From assembly GCF_963921235.1 (NCBI RefSeq), contig NC_086108.1, positions 92,320,001 through 92,384,000 of the forward strand: a stretch of 64,000 nucleotides of DNA, written 5' to 3'. Made by a program: the position numbers and the translations under genes. The DNA is from Mobula hypostoma (taxonomy: Eukaryota). The notes beneath the pieces are model-generated. The model was not told the origin of the DNA and did not search any database. It was given only the letters and a program-made list of their open reading frames with translations. Below, piece after piece: positions 38,534-51,965 of the stretch; position 1 is the stretch's first letter; every line of letters starts with the position of its first letter.

Positions 38534-39290
38534 ACAGAATCAGAATCAGGTTTAATATCACCTGCGTATGTAGTGATCTGTTAGCATAGCGGCAGCAATA
38601 CACTGCAATACATGATAATATAGAAAAGAATAAGTAAATCAATTACAGCAAATATATATATATATAATAGTTAAAATTAAAACTAGTGCTAAAACAGGAA
38701 TAATATATTTTAAAAAGTGAGGTAGTGTTTATAGGGCTCAAATCTCCTCAAACTCCCAATAACGTATAGCTGCCGTCTTACCTTCTTCATAGCTGCATCA
38801 GTATGTTAGGACCATGGTAGATCCTCAGAGATCTTGACACCCAGGAACTTGAAATTACTCAGTCTCTCCACTTCTAATCCCTCTGAGGATTGGTTTATGT
38901 TCCCTCATCTTACCCTTCCTTAAGTCTACAATCAGCACCTTGGTCTTACTGACATTGAGTGCAAGGTTGTTGCTGCAGCACCACTCTACTAGCTGGTATA
39001 TCTCGCTCCTGTACGCCCTCTCAAGTCCATCTGAGATTCTATCAACATTGGTTGTATCATCAGCAAATTTATAGATGGTATTTTAAGCTATGCTTAGCAA
39101 CACAGTCATGGGTAAAGAGAGAGTAGAGCCGTGGGCTAAGCACACACCCCTGAGGTGTGCCAGTGTTGATCGTCAGCAAGGAGGAGACATTATCAGCAAT
39201 CCGCACAGATTGTGTCTTCTGGTTAAGAAGTTGAGGATCCAATTGCAAAGGGAGGTACAGAGTTCTAGGTTCTGCAGCTCATCGATCGGG
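38534..39290 (-). mobile_element. Rex1/Babar LINE fragment
   Basis: Antisense PQGCVLSP, KFADDT and FKFLGV motifs; (AGAATC)n tail on +. Confidence 0.8.
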
Positions 39291-39398
39291 AATGTAGCTT
39301 TTTACTGCCCAGATGCTATATCAGCCATTAATATCTGGTAAGTGTAAGTTGTTCTGTAGGTGAGTAACAGCACACATACCAGACATCATTAGCTGATC

Positions 39399-39532
39399 AT
39401 GAGGAATTCTGCAGATGCTGGAAATTCAAGCAACACACATCAAAGTTGCTGGTGAACGCAGCAGGCCAGGCAGCATCTCTAGGAAGAGGTACAGTCATCG
39501 TTTCGGGCCGAGACCCCTTCGTCAGGACACTT
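39399..39532 (-). mobile_element. 134-bp Penelope terminal insertion with 13-bp TSD
   Basis: TCATTAGCTGATC at 39386-39398 and 39533-39545; body nearly identical to 53331-53458. Confidence 0.88.
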
Positions 39533-39864
39533 TCATTAGCTGATCCCCAGTCAGAGTGGTCATTTCTAGCTTTGAAGTAAATCTAATTTCAAAATATGGA
39601 TCCATCTGAGGAACTTCACTACTCAAAGAACCAATGGGAATGTGTAAGGTCAGAAGACTATAAGACCTATGAGCAAAATTAGGTCATTCAGACTAGCCAT
39701 TTGATCATGACTGATTTATTTTCCCACTCAACCTCATTCTTCTGCCTTCTCTCCATAACCTTTGATGCCCTTACTAATCAAGAACCTGTCAACCTCCACT
39801 TTAAATATACCGAATGATTCCATAGCTATATGTGGGAATAAACTCTATAGATTCACCACCTTCT

Positions 39865-40750
39865 GTTCAAAATTCAAAATAAATTTATTGTCAAAGTACA
39901 TATACGTCACCATATACAACACTGAGAGTCATTTTCTTGCAGGCATACACAGTAAATCCAAGAAACACAATAGAATCAATGAAAGACTGCACCCAACAGG
40001 ATAAACAAACAACTGATGTGCAAAAGACAACAAACTGCATATAGAAAAGAAAAAATAACAATAATAATAAGTAAATAAGCAATAAATATCAAGAACATGA
40101 GACGAAGAGTCCTTGAAAGTGAGCCCATTGGTTGTGGGAACAGTTCGGTGTTGGGCGAGTGAAGTTGACCCCTCTGCTTCAAAAGCCTGATGGTTGAGGA
40201 GCAACAACAATTCCTGAACCTGGTGATGTGAGTCCTTAGTTTCCTGCACCTTCTTCCTGATGGCAGAAATGTGAAGAAATTGTGGCTTACATTCTAGGGG
40301 TCCCTGATGATGGAAGCGGTTTTCCTGCGATAGCACTCCATATAGATGTTCCCAATGTTGGGGAGGGCACAACCTGTGATGGACTAGACCATATTCTCTA
40401 TATTCTGTATGATTTTCTGTTCAAGGGAATTGGTGTTTCCATACCGGGCCATGATAAACCAATCAATACATTCTCCACCACACATCTATGGAAGTCTGTC
40501 AAAGTTTTAGATGTCTTGCCAAATCTTTGCAAGCTTTTAAGGAAGTAGAGGCGCTGCTGTGCTTTCTTTGTGATGGCAAGTATGTGCTAGGCACAGGAAA
40601 AATCCTCTGAAATGATAACACTGAGGAATTTAATATTGCAGACCCTCTCCACCTCTGATCCACCGATGAGAGCTGGCCCATGGACCTCCAGTTTTCTACT
40701 CCTGTAGTGAGTAATCAGCTCCTTGGTCTTGCTGACATTGAGTGAGAGGG
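39865..40750 (-). mobile_element. Rex1/Babar-type LINE 3' fragment adjoining a CR1 3' end (39655-39864)
   Basis: Homologous to 900-1040 and to other copies of this 3' UTR. Confidence 0.7.
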
Positions 40751-41408
40751 GATAGCTTCACTCAACTTCACTTGCCCCATCACTGAACTGATTCCACAAC
40801 CTATGGACTCACCATTAAGGACTCTTCACCTCATGTTCTTGATATTTATTGCTTGTTTATTTACTATTATTATTTCTTTTTTTTTCTTTTGTATTTGCAC
40901 AATTTGTTGTCTTTTGCACACAGGTTGTCCACCCTGTGGGTGCAGTCTTTCACTGATTTTGTTCTGGTTATTGGATTTATTGAGTACCGTTCATTCAATT
41001 ATGCTGGCTGCTTTACTGAGGCCCAAGAATATAGCTTACAGAAAGATCTAAAGAGAGGGCCACTCAACAGCTGACTTCAACACCTTTTCTCACACTCATG
41101 GTTCTTCTAGAACTGCAGGAAGCTAACTTGCACTTTATTTCTCCAGATGTCAAAGCATCTTGTCACAGGAACACCATGACTATTTTATGATGGGCCCAGA
41201 TCTATTAATCATAAAGTTTCTTAAATTCTCTAAGATATCTTTTCTTAGAGTGACTGATGGATTTAGCGAGAAAGATTTGCGTTTCCCAGAACTTGCTCTC
41301 CAAATTCTTGTAACAATGAAAATTATTCGTATTTGCCGCATCACATGACATGGATGATCAAGGTCTTTCCATAACCATGATTGTTCTTGGCAAATTTTTC
41401 TACGGAAG

Positions 41409-41913
41409 GCAGCATCCTGGTAAATCTCCTCTTTATCCTTTCCAATGCTTCCACATCCTTCCTATAGTGAGGTGACCAGAGCTGGACACAGTACTCCAAG
41501 TGTGGCCTAACAAGAGTTTTATAGAGCTGCATCATTACACCGTGCCTCTTAAACTCTGTCCTTCGACTTATGAAAGCTAACACTCCATAAGCTTTCTTAA
41601 CTACCCTATCTACTTTCAGGGATCTGTGGACATGTACCCCCAGATCCCTCTGCTCCTCCACACTACCAAGTACCCTGCCATTTACTTTGTACTCTGCCTT
41701 GGAGTTTGTCCTTCCAAAGTGCACCACCTCACACTTCTCCAGGTTGAACTCCATCTGCCATTTCTCAGCCCACTTCTGCATCCTATCAATGTCTCTCTGC
41801 AATCTTCGACAATCCTCTACACTATCTACAACACCACCAACCTTTGTGTCATCTGCAAACTTGCCAACCCACCCTTCTACCCCCACATCCAGGTCGTTAA
41901 TAAAAATCACGAA
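41409..41913 (-). mobile_element. CR1 RT fragment (different subfamily)
   Basis: FINDLDVGVEGWVGKFADDTKVGG...LYKTLVRPHLEYC. Confidence 0.9.
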
Positions 41914-42746
41914 AAGTTATGAATGCTTCATCTTGGCCTCTTGCACTCACAATGGTCCAATGGTTCAATTTAATATCAGAGAATGTGTACAGAATGCAAC
42001 CTGAAATCCTTGCTCTTTGCAGACATCCACAAAACAAGAAAAAATGCCAAAGGATGAATGACAGAAAATGTTAGAACCCCAAATTGCCCCCGCCCCACAT
42101 ATCAAACAGCAACAAAAGCATCAACTCTCCCCTCCCCCCACTTGCTCCTGCAAAAGCATCAGCCCCCACCACCCACCGTGCAATCAACAGCAAAGCCCCC
42201 CAGAGACCATGAACTAGAGAAAATCAAAAACTACTGTCCATCCCAACACATTGACATCTCAGACAGGCTCTCCCTTTCACTAGCGAGAGAAAGAGAGATC
42301 GCTCCTACAACAGATGAGCGGGAGACAAATCACCATTATTGACAGAGCGTTTGTTCTTGGAGTGACCTCCACTTCCCGTTGGCTGTATAATTTCCCACCA
42401 CCACCTGTATCTAGATGTGGCAGAGCATTGATTTGATCTGCTGGCTGTGAAATAGTTTAGCTGCTGTTATCACACTCTTAAACAGAGCTTTTATATAAGA
42501 TGAACTATTGACTTCACAATCTAACTTGTTATGATCTTGCACTTTGTAATTTACCTCCACTTTCTCTGTAGTTGTTACACTTTATTCTGCAATGTTATTG
42601 TTTTACCTTCAATGCACTGTGTAATGATTTTGATCTGTATGAACAGTAAACAAGACAAGCTTTTCACTGTATCTTGGTACATATGACAATAATAAACTAA
42701 TTCCAATATCCTATCTATTGCATGTTCTTTTTGCTAATTAGCACCT

Positions 42747-43535
42747 AGAGTCATACAAACATACAGCACTACAGCACAGAAACAGGTCCTGTGACCTACC
42801 TAGTCCTTGCAGAATGTTATTCTGCCTAGTCCCATTAATCCACACCTGGACCATTGCCCTCCCATCCATATATTTATCCAAACTTCTTCTCTTAAGTGGT
42901 ACAATCGAACCCACACGCACCACTTCCGCTGGCACCTCAGTACACACTAGCGCCACCTTCTAAATGATGAAGTTCCCACTCAGGTTCCTCTTAAATATTT
43001 CACCTTTCAACCTTAACCTACAGTGTTAACCATACTATTTCTGGTCTCACCCATCCTCTGTGAGAAAAGCCCACATGCATTAACCCTATTTATAGCGCTC
43101 ATAATTTTATATACCTGTATAAAGTCACCCCCCCCCCAATTCTCCTACGCTCCATGGAAAATAAATCCTAACCTATTCAACCTTTCCTTATAACTCAGGT
43201 CCTTATAAATTTTATCTGCACTTTTTCAACCTTACTGATATCTTTCCTGTACATAGGTGACCAGAACTGCATACAATACTCCAAATATATGGCCAACATA
43301 TAATACAACTTCAACATAACATCCAACTCCTGTACTGAGTACCTTGATTTATGAAAGCAGATGCTCCAAAATCTCTCTTTACCTGTGACACCAACATCAA
43401 GGAATTACGGACCTGTATTCCCAGATCCCTTTGTACTACCACACTCCTCAGTGCCCTACTGCTCACAGTGCAAGTCCGACCCTGGTTTGTCCTCCCAAAG
43501 TGGAACACTTCACGCTTGTCAGCATTAAATTTCAC
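42747..43535 (-). mobile_element. Decayed CR1 3' fragment
   Basis: FNADKREVFHFGRTNQ...QRDLGIQV motif and UTR. Confidence 0.75.
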
Positions 43536-44944
43536 ACATGGTGTTTCGGTTTGCTAACACTTCATCAGATTTAGGTCCCAATGAAGGGTCTTGGCCCGAA
43601 ATGCCAAGTGTTTACTCTTTTCCATAAAAGCTGCCTGGCCTGCTGAGTTTCTCCAGTATTTTGTGTGTGTTGCTCAGAGTTAAGGTTATAATGTCTCATA
43701 TTGCTCCCAAGAAGATCTTCTCCGCCCCTCATTGAACCCGGGCCTTGAGAGTAATGGCAGAATGAAAGATATGCTGCACAACAACTCACTTTCTAAGATA
43801 GATAATGGTATTTAATTAACCCAAAATTTCTTATTACTGGTTAATTGATTTCAGCATGTAACTGTAAATGTAACAAATTCATTTGACCAAAGTTGGATCA
43901 GGCTGTCAATGAATTTGCACTCTCAATGATTAATTCATTTCCATCAGCATTTAGTGTCTTTGTATTCAGTCTAGTCTCTCCCACTGGTTGAAGTCCATGT
44001 GCTTTCCAAATCTCGCATGGAACCAAATGCCAAATCCTAAATGAAAGGAACTGTTAAACTTTTGAAGCATTCTCAGCATAAATGAGAATGAAGCCAAATG
44101 AGTATCAAGAGCAGAGTGTAAAACAGATTAAAAATAAATGGCACATTTTTACAAAGTTCAGACAATCACACATAGAATACCAGATCCAGTCTTTGGTGCT
44201 ATATTGTGAAAAGGAGATTGAAGCCATTGTGTGGATTAGCACGGAGGATGTCAAAGATTACAAATATAGCTACGGGAAAAAAATTAGTTACTTTAGTCCA
44301 AAAAGACTAATAATTGATTTAATGAATGGTATTTACCTCTCCACAATGAAATTATACTTTGCCTCAGCCTGTTAGCCATGAGGATTGCACCAAAAGCTGT
44401 TGTGAATCAAGCATCCAGAGGACACAGAGACATTGCAACCGGGAGTAAAATCCAAAACTGCATACCTCTTAAACCAGACTGTTGAATCATTCCTGATGTG
44501 TTACTGTGGTTCTGCATTATGGATTAGACTACTGAATTTATGGACTGTGGACTTTTTCAGACTTACGGTTTTTATATTTGATGTTTTTCGTCCATTCTTT
44601 TCTGGCTTGTTTTATGAGGGGAGGGGTTTGGGGGTTGATGTTCTTGTTCCATTTTGTGTGGGGGAGGAGGATTTTGGGGTCGATGTTCTTATTCCGTTTT
44701 ATTCCGTGATGTTCGGGTGTTGATGATCGGGATGCTGTTCATTTTTGTGCGGGGGCGTGTGGGTTTGATGCTCCTCTCTGAATGACTTTCATGTTCTTTG
44801 TTTCATGGCTATCAGAAGACGAATCTCAGAGTTGTATATGGATACATACTTTGATAATAAACGAACATTTGAACCTTTGAACTTGGACAGGCTTTGAAAT
44901 AGACAGTGACGCCTAAAATACTGAATTCAGTGTCAAATCAGATA

Positions 44945-45465
44945 CAGTAATGCTCAGGCATTATAAGGTATTGGTCACACCAAACTTGGAGTATTGTGAA
45001 CAGTTTTGGGCCGCTTATCTAACAAAGGATGTGCTGGTATTGGAGATGGTCTGGAGGAGGTTCACAAGAATAATTCCAGGAATGAAAGGATTTACATACG
45101 AGGAGTGTTTGATGGTTCTGGACTTGTACTCACTTAAGTTTAGAAGATTAGGAGGGGCAATCTCATTGAAATCTATCGAATATTGAAAAGCCTAGATAGC
45201 GTGGATGTGGAAAGGATGTTTCCTATAGTGGGGGAGTGTAGCACCAGAGGGCACAGCCTATGGAATTCATTGCCACAGGCAGCTGTGAAGGCCAAGTCAT
45301 TAAAGCAGAGGTTGAAAGGTTCCAGATTAGTAAGAGTGTCAAAGATTATGGGGAGAAGGATAGACATTGGGGTTGAGAGGGACAATAAATTAGCCATGAA
45401 GGAATGGCAGAGTGGACTTAATGGGCCGAATGGCCTAATTTTGCTCCTATGTCTTATCGTCTTAT
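44945..45465 (+). mobile_element. CR1 3' fragment
   Basis: YKVLVTPNLEYCEQFW and 3' hairpin. Confidence 0.8.
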
Positions 45466-46129
45466 TGAAATTGCGGAGGTAGGAAATTTTTTTTTAAACT
45501 TTGTGTTTGGAGGAAAGTATAGAGGAGATAGCAGAGGTCGTTTTTGTTACACAAAAAGTGGTGGTGGTGAAGGCAGATACATTACAGGCCACTAACAGAC
45601 TCTTAGGTAGGCACATGGATGATAGAAAAATGGAGGGCTATGTGGGAGAGAAGGGTTAGGTTGGTCTTAGAGTAGATTAAAAGGTCAGCACAACCTCTTG
45701 TGTGCCGAATAAGCTGTTCTGTGCTGTACCGTTCTGTGTTCTATACATGTTCAGCGATATGTGTGAGCTGGCAAAAAATTATTGTCTAATTTGCGCATAA
45801 GAACAAATAGCATCTTTTCTTATTATCTGTAAATTATTCTTTAAACATTATGATGGGTTTTGATTGACTGAATTATGCTATCTGATGCCAATGGTTCCCA
45901 TAGGAATCACCATCTTGCCAGCCACGCAAAGCAGCTCACTCTAGACTTCCGAGCAAGCACAGTGAAAGGTGGAAGTTCAAAACAAGCAGGTCATGTGACA
46001 ACCCACCTGACTGCTCGACGGTGCAGCTAAACCCGCAGCAAGAATGTGATTAACCCATGGTAACCAAATACCGTCGCACACGGATATGGAGGCATTTGGT
46101 TGTGATGGGCGAATTGCACTCTTGCTACA

Positions 46130-46590
46130 GATGTAGCAAGATTCTTGCCAAAGTCATTGTCCAACAGATTGCAGATGCTGTCGATGTGCGCTTGTGGAAG
46201 GAGCAAGATGGCTTCAGGAAAAACAGAGGCTGTGTTGACCAGACCTTCACGCTGCATAACATCATAGAGCAGTGCACCGAGTGGCAGGGACAAATGTACG
46301 TAAATTTTGTGGACTATGAAAAGGCTTTTGATAACATCCAAACAGAGAGCCTCTGGCAAATTCTCAGATCATAAGGGAGCCCTTCCAAAATTGACCAGTT
46401 TATCCAGAGTTTCTTTGTAATTTTATCTGCACAGTTGGGGACTGCAATTTTAGCTTTGAAGTCAAGACAAGAGTCAGGCAAAGCTGTGTAATGTCAGCGA
46501 TATTGTTTAATCTGGTGATTAACTGGGTTATGAGGAAAACAACAAAAGATAAGCAGAGAAACATTAGGTGGACTCTACTCCCTACTTAAG
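46130..46590 (+). mobile_element. RTE-clade LINE RT fragment
   Basis: SKILAKVI...EQDGFRKNRGCVDQTFTLHNIIEQCTEWQ...YVNFVDYEKAFD. Confidence 0.85.
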
Positions 46591-47199
46591 TCAGGCAGCA
46601 GCTATCGACGCTTTGGGCCGAGACCACTTTTTCAGATCCTGATAAAGGGTCTCAGTTCGAAATGTTGACCGTTTATTCCTTTCAATAGATGCTGCCTGTC
46701 CTGCTGAGTTCCTCCAGCATTTCGTATGCGTTACTCAGAGACCAGATGTAATTTCTTTACACACAAATTACTGGAGCAAGGAATGCTTTGACACGCATTT
46801 GAAATGGAACCAATCACCAGTATAGATTTTCAAAAGAAAAATGGGCTGCTGGTGAGCCACTTATTAAGACGATGATACAGGGCTACAGGGAGGTGGGAGG
46901 GCAGTGACAGTGGTGTTGGATATTATTGGTGAAGAGGATATAATGGGTCAGACAACAGCCTTCTGTGCTGAAAAAGTCTCAGCTCTTATCTGCCCCCATT
47001 AATGAAACTTTATTTCCCCAAGTCTGAAGGATGGCTGCAGCTACACAAGGTGCTGGGGGTATGACATTGTATCAAATCAGAATTGACACAGAGGCTAGGA
47101 ATTAGATAAGCATGATTTAGGGGATGGCTGATAAGACAAGAATATAAACTTACATCATTCAACCTGATGGTTAAAAACTTCGCAAGAGCAAAAGGTACA

Positions 47200-47550
47200 A
47201 TTGATGGGCATTTCACCATCCAAATAAATGTTATTTACACAAGGATAAAACTTCATAAAACTGCAGGTCAGAAAGCTTAGGGAATTGAGCCTTGGAGATT
47301 AGCAGAATACTGAGTACAGACAAGATATGTCCACAGGAAAAATGATGAGGGACAAACTAGTAGTGGGATTTAGTGACATTTCAACTGCAGCTAGAAAAAA
47401 TGCTAACTAATGTGACTGTGGACAGAAAACTTCCATTACACTGATGAACACTGGACCAAAGTCATCAGTATTTAGAGGCATACAGTACAGAAGTAGACTC
47501 TTTGGCCAACAGTGTACAAGGTAAGTGTGCCATGGGGAAAAGTTACTTAC
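47200..47550 (+). mobile_element. Decayed Ty3/Gypsy gag remnant
   Basis: NVIYTRIKLH (47228) and KMMRDKLVVGFSD (47339) resemble Gypsy gag NVIYER.KF and EMIRDRLVVGI.D; multiple frameshifts. Confidence 0.5.
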
Positions 47551-47624
47551 AGTACCACACAGATATAAAAGGTCTCCAGGAATAGAAATCACAGTCACAA
47601 ACCTTCTCTCAGAACTGCAACCCA

Positions 47625-48020
47625 ATAATGAGGGGGGACCTCACTGAAACCTATTGAACATTGAAAGGCCTATACAACATGGACGTGCAGAGGACGTTCC
47701 CTCCGGTTGGACAGTCTAGGACCAGAGGGCACAGTCTTCGAACGGAAGGATGTCCCTTTAGAACAGAGATGAGGATGAATTTGTTTAGCCAGAGGATGGT
47801 GACTCTGTGGATTTCATTGTCACAGATGGCTATGGAGGCCAAATCATTGGAGATATTTAAAAAGGGTATTGATAGGTCCTTATTTGGTAATAGCAGCAAA
47901 GGGTACGGGGAGAAGGCAGAAGAATGAGGTTGAGAGGGGTAATTCAGCCATGATGGAATGGCAGAGTAGGCCTGATGGACTAAATGGCCTTATTCTGCTC
48001 CTACATCTTATTGTCTTATG
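47625..48020 (+). mobile_element. CR1 3' fragment
   Basis: SRTRGHSLRTEGCPFRTEMR and UTR. Confidence 0.8.
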
Positions 48021-50749
48021 ATCAAAGGAAGAGGGAAGAAAATTATCTGCCCCATTGGGCCTCTGGCTACTTTGAAAGACTCATCCATTTCAGCCCATTC
48101 CCTCACCTTCTCATCACAGCACTGCAAATGTTTCCTAATCGACTAACTATTCAATTTCTCCTTGAAGGCCACAACTGAATCTGTTTCCACTCTGGTAACG
48201 CACTGCAGACCAGATAACTCAAAGCTCCAAGTACATTTATTATCGAAGTATGTATGCCATAAACAACCCTACGATTTGTCTTCTCCACAGGCAGCCACGA
48301 AATAAGGAGACACCGTGGAACCCTTTCCAAAGAATCATCAAACACCCAACACGCAAAGAAGGAACAAATCGCACTAACGGCAAAAAAATGAGCAAAAAGC
48401 ACGGAATATAAAAGATTCAACCACAGAGTCATTGAAACAGTTCAGTTCAGTTGAGTATGGCACTGTGTTGTTTGCTGACTGTATGCTGCAGAGGCAGCCC
48501 ATCCCAAACAAAATCGCAAAAAATAGCAACAAATAGGAGTAACACACATAAAAGTTGCTGGTGGAACACAGCAGGCCAGGCAGCATCTATTGGAAGAGGT
48601 ACAGTCGACGTTTCGGGCCGAGACCCTTGGTAACCAGAAACACATAGAACATGACCTGCAGAGAGTCCAATCACAAACCATGCCAATTAAACCTTGCCCA
48701 AGACCCAAGACTCCGGCACCATCCTCCAGGAACACTGAGCAAAGAGAGACCGGTCAAACACAGGCCCCTTCCTCGTAACAGCAGCCAGTGAGAGGGAGAG
48801 ACCATTCAAACTCAGGCAAATGCCGCTGAGCACCTGCTCGACTTCTGCTCTCATCCTCGTTGATTTCAATCTTGCTCGACACATTGATCAGCACAGCTGG
48901 TGAGAAACGTAGTCAATCGTGGGCTCGCGGCCCATCCCCAGGCTGCACACTCTACTCAAAACCTCACCGAACTCCCTTGGACACAGCAAGGCACCAGATT
49001 ACTCAGTCGGCCCGCAAACACACCATCAAAATGTAAATCACAGGTTCCAATAGTAGCAGAATCGTATTTCAAAGAAGAAGAAGTAATTTTGTGAACTGTC
49101 TGAAGGATGTCGTCTTTGGTCGTGTTGTTCACTGGCACCATCTTCTTCCAGTAATCACTCACTGTGTCAATTTCTACTTTGTCTCCAACATTTTTGCCAG
49201 TCACCTTAAATCTATGCTTTTCTGCTGCTGGCTATAATTTCGCAGTTTTTACTCCATTGAAACCATTCGAGGTACATAATTTCCAATTAAATGCTTCTTG
49301 GGTCCCTCACCTGGGAAAAGCACCCAAAGTTTCTCATATCTGTCCATATAACTCAGGCATTTACCCCTGGATCATAGAACATAGAATGCCACAGCATAGA
49401 CCAGGCTCTTCAGCCCATGCTGTTGTACTGACCTTTTAACCTACTCAGTGATCAATTCTTCCCTCCCACATCGTCCTCCATTCTATCATCCATCTGCCTA
49501 TCTAGGTTCCGAGGTTCAATTCAACTAAATTCCGACTACAGCCTCTTTAATCTTTGTCTATCTTCCTAAAATACATACTTAACAGTCCATTCAAGATCAA
49601 TTAATGTTTAAGAGGCTGCCCTTGCTTTTGAACCATACCCATTTACAAGGTTAGGAGCCTGGGTACTCTTTTCAACAGCCTTCACTGTGTCACCTGAGAA
49701 GCTGAGTAAGAGTATGTGGGCAATTTTTCTGCCCTTAATTCTTATGTTCCTGCAACTATCCTCCTCTGGACTCACCACACCATTGTCTCTACACTGTAAT
49801 CCTCAATGAAGATGTGTCTCCAGGCATCTCAGCACATCTATTCCCAGTCCATCCGCTCGTACTAAGTTGCCAGAAACAATATTTATTGCTCCTGTCTCTC
49901 TCTCCTCATGCCATCCCTTAAAGCAGAACATTTTGAATTACATTTCTAAGGATACAAAACAAATGAAAAAAATAATCTTGAAACTGTCAGTACAATTCTT
50001 GCACTACAACTTTCAGCAGTAAAGCAAAGGAACAGGTGTTCACTGTGCTCTTTTTCAGATAATTTCTTCACCATATTCCTCAGATATATTAATGATTTGG
50101 AAGAGAACACAGATGTCATGATTAGTAAGCTTGCAGTGAACACCAAAAGTGGTTGCATAGTGGACAGGGAAGAAGGTTGCCTAGGGTTACAACAGGATCA
50201 GGGATCAACTAAAACAGTGGGCAAGGGAATGGCCAACAGACTGGAAAGTGAAGTGGTGCATTTTGGGAAGTTTAATCATGGTGTTGTAACGTGAACAAAG
50301 TCACTGGAGAGATACTGAAGCCAATGGATGCAGGAGTGTTATAATCAACAAAAATAAGCAATAGGCATTATATTGAGACACTCTTGGAGGAGGAGGCCTC
50401 CCAACCCAATATTACACGACATTTTATATGCTAAAGATCAAAAGTAACAGCAGGACAATCCTATAGTTACAATGTATCTACAATGCTTCCTTTGAATTAC
50501 ATATAGTTTTTACACGCCTCCTTCTTCGCACCCACACTCCAGACACCCAAAATGAACGTTAATCAGCACTGTCTGGTTTGCATCAACTACAGTCCATGGC
50601 TCCAGGAAAACTATTGTTCAGGGCTATTGCTGTTATTGGCTGAGGCATTGTGTATAGGAGTTGGGATGTCATGATGTATGGATTGTTGGTTAGGTCACAC
50701 TGCGAGTATTGTGTACAGCTTTCATCACCATGTTAGAGGGGAAGTTCAG

Positions 50750-51140
50750 AAGGACATAAAACCATCAGGCATTGAAGCAGCATTAGACCACTGGGCCCAC
50801 TGAGTTTGCTTCTCCACTTAATCATGGCTGATTTATTTTCCCTCTCAACGCCATTTTCCTGCCTTCTCCCTGTAACTTTTGACGCACCTACTAATCAAGA
50901 ACCTATCAACCTCCACTTTAAATATACCCAATGACTTGCCTCCACAGATCCACCACCATCTAACTAAAGAAATTCTTCCTCATTTCTGTTCTAAAGGGAT
51001 AACCTTCTGTTTTGAGGCTGTGCCCTCTGGTCCTAGGCTCTCCCACTATTGGAAACAACCTTTCCATGTCCACTATATATAAGCCTTTTAATATTCAGTA
51101 GGTTTCAATGAAATCACCCCTCATTCTTCTAAACTCCAGT
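50750..51140 (-). mobile_element. CR1 3' fragment
   Basis: Antisense RTRGHSLKTEG segment and UTR. Confidence 0.75.
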
Positions 51141-51369
51141 AGGTAAGGATGGGCCAAACAGAAGCAAATGGGATTAGCTTCAAAAGGCATCTTGGTTAGC
51201 ATGAATGAGTTGAGCCAAAGGGCCTGTATCTAAGCTGTATGAGTTTGAGTCAAGATCTCCAGTGTGGAACTGCAGCCACAGCAAATCAGTGCTTAATTCC
51301 CCAGGTGAAAGATCTCCTGAATGGCTCCTGTATTAAGTGAGCCAACAGCAGGTCAATATTCCATTTCAT

Positions 51370-51446
51370 CAAGGGTTCCAACCTAGGGACATGGACCCCA
51401 CAGCTAATGGTCAGGCTCATTGGCATAAAAAAGGTTAGGACCCCTG
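51370..51446. mobile_element. Tiny hAT-type MITE
   Basis: Ends CAAGGGTTCCAACCT ... AGGTTAGGACCCCTG; flanks CATTTCAT and CATTAGAT (6/8, 8-bp TSD-like). Confidence 0.5.
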
Positions 51447-51834
51447 CATTAGATCTATCATACCAAGGCCATTGACAATACAGAAGCATACCATCACAAT
51501 GCAAAAGGGAGATCTCAGCTTGAACCTCTACAACTATGAACAAGCATATCTCAGTGTTTATGTTGACAAACTGCAGATGCTGGAAATCCAAGCAACACAC
51601 ACAAAAGGTCTGAGGAACTCAGCAGGCCAGGCAGCATCTATAGAAAAAAAGAACAGTTGACGTTTTGGCAGGACATTTATGTTGACATTTCTTTTAGAGG
51701 AAAGCAGTGATTGTATGTCAATTTGTACCAATTTGCCTTTATAATCCATGATCTAAAATACACTTTATTTAGACTTTTAAATCCCTAGATGTCAGAATCA
51801 ACCCAGCCCTTTCAAAGGTATGAAATGTCAAAAC

Positions 51835-51965
51835 CTGCTTGGATGGCTTTCCCTGCCACCTTCCATTGTCCAGTATGACCCGGAATATTTTCCCCCATCT
51901 GCCTGGATAGCTTTCCCTGCCATCTTCCATTGTCCAGTATGACCTGGAATATTTTTCCCCAGCTG
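51835..51965 (+). repeat. 64-bp tandem duplication (2 copies)
   Basis: CTGCTTGGATGGCTTTCCCTGCCACCTTCCATTGTCCAGTATGACC... repeated at 51899. Confidence 0.9.

Noticed and set aside
44082..44375. 97-aa ORF in unique sequence
   Set aside because: No recognisable homology or convincing splice context.
50283..50640. Possible solo LTR splitting a CR1 fragment
   Set aside because: It starts with TGT but I could not define the other terminus or a TSD.
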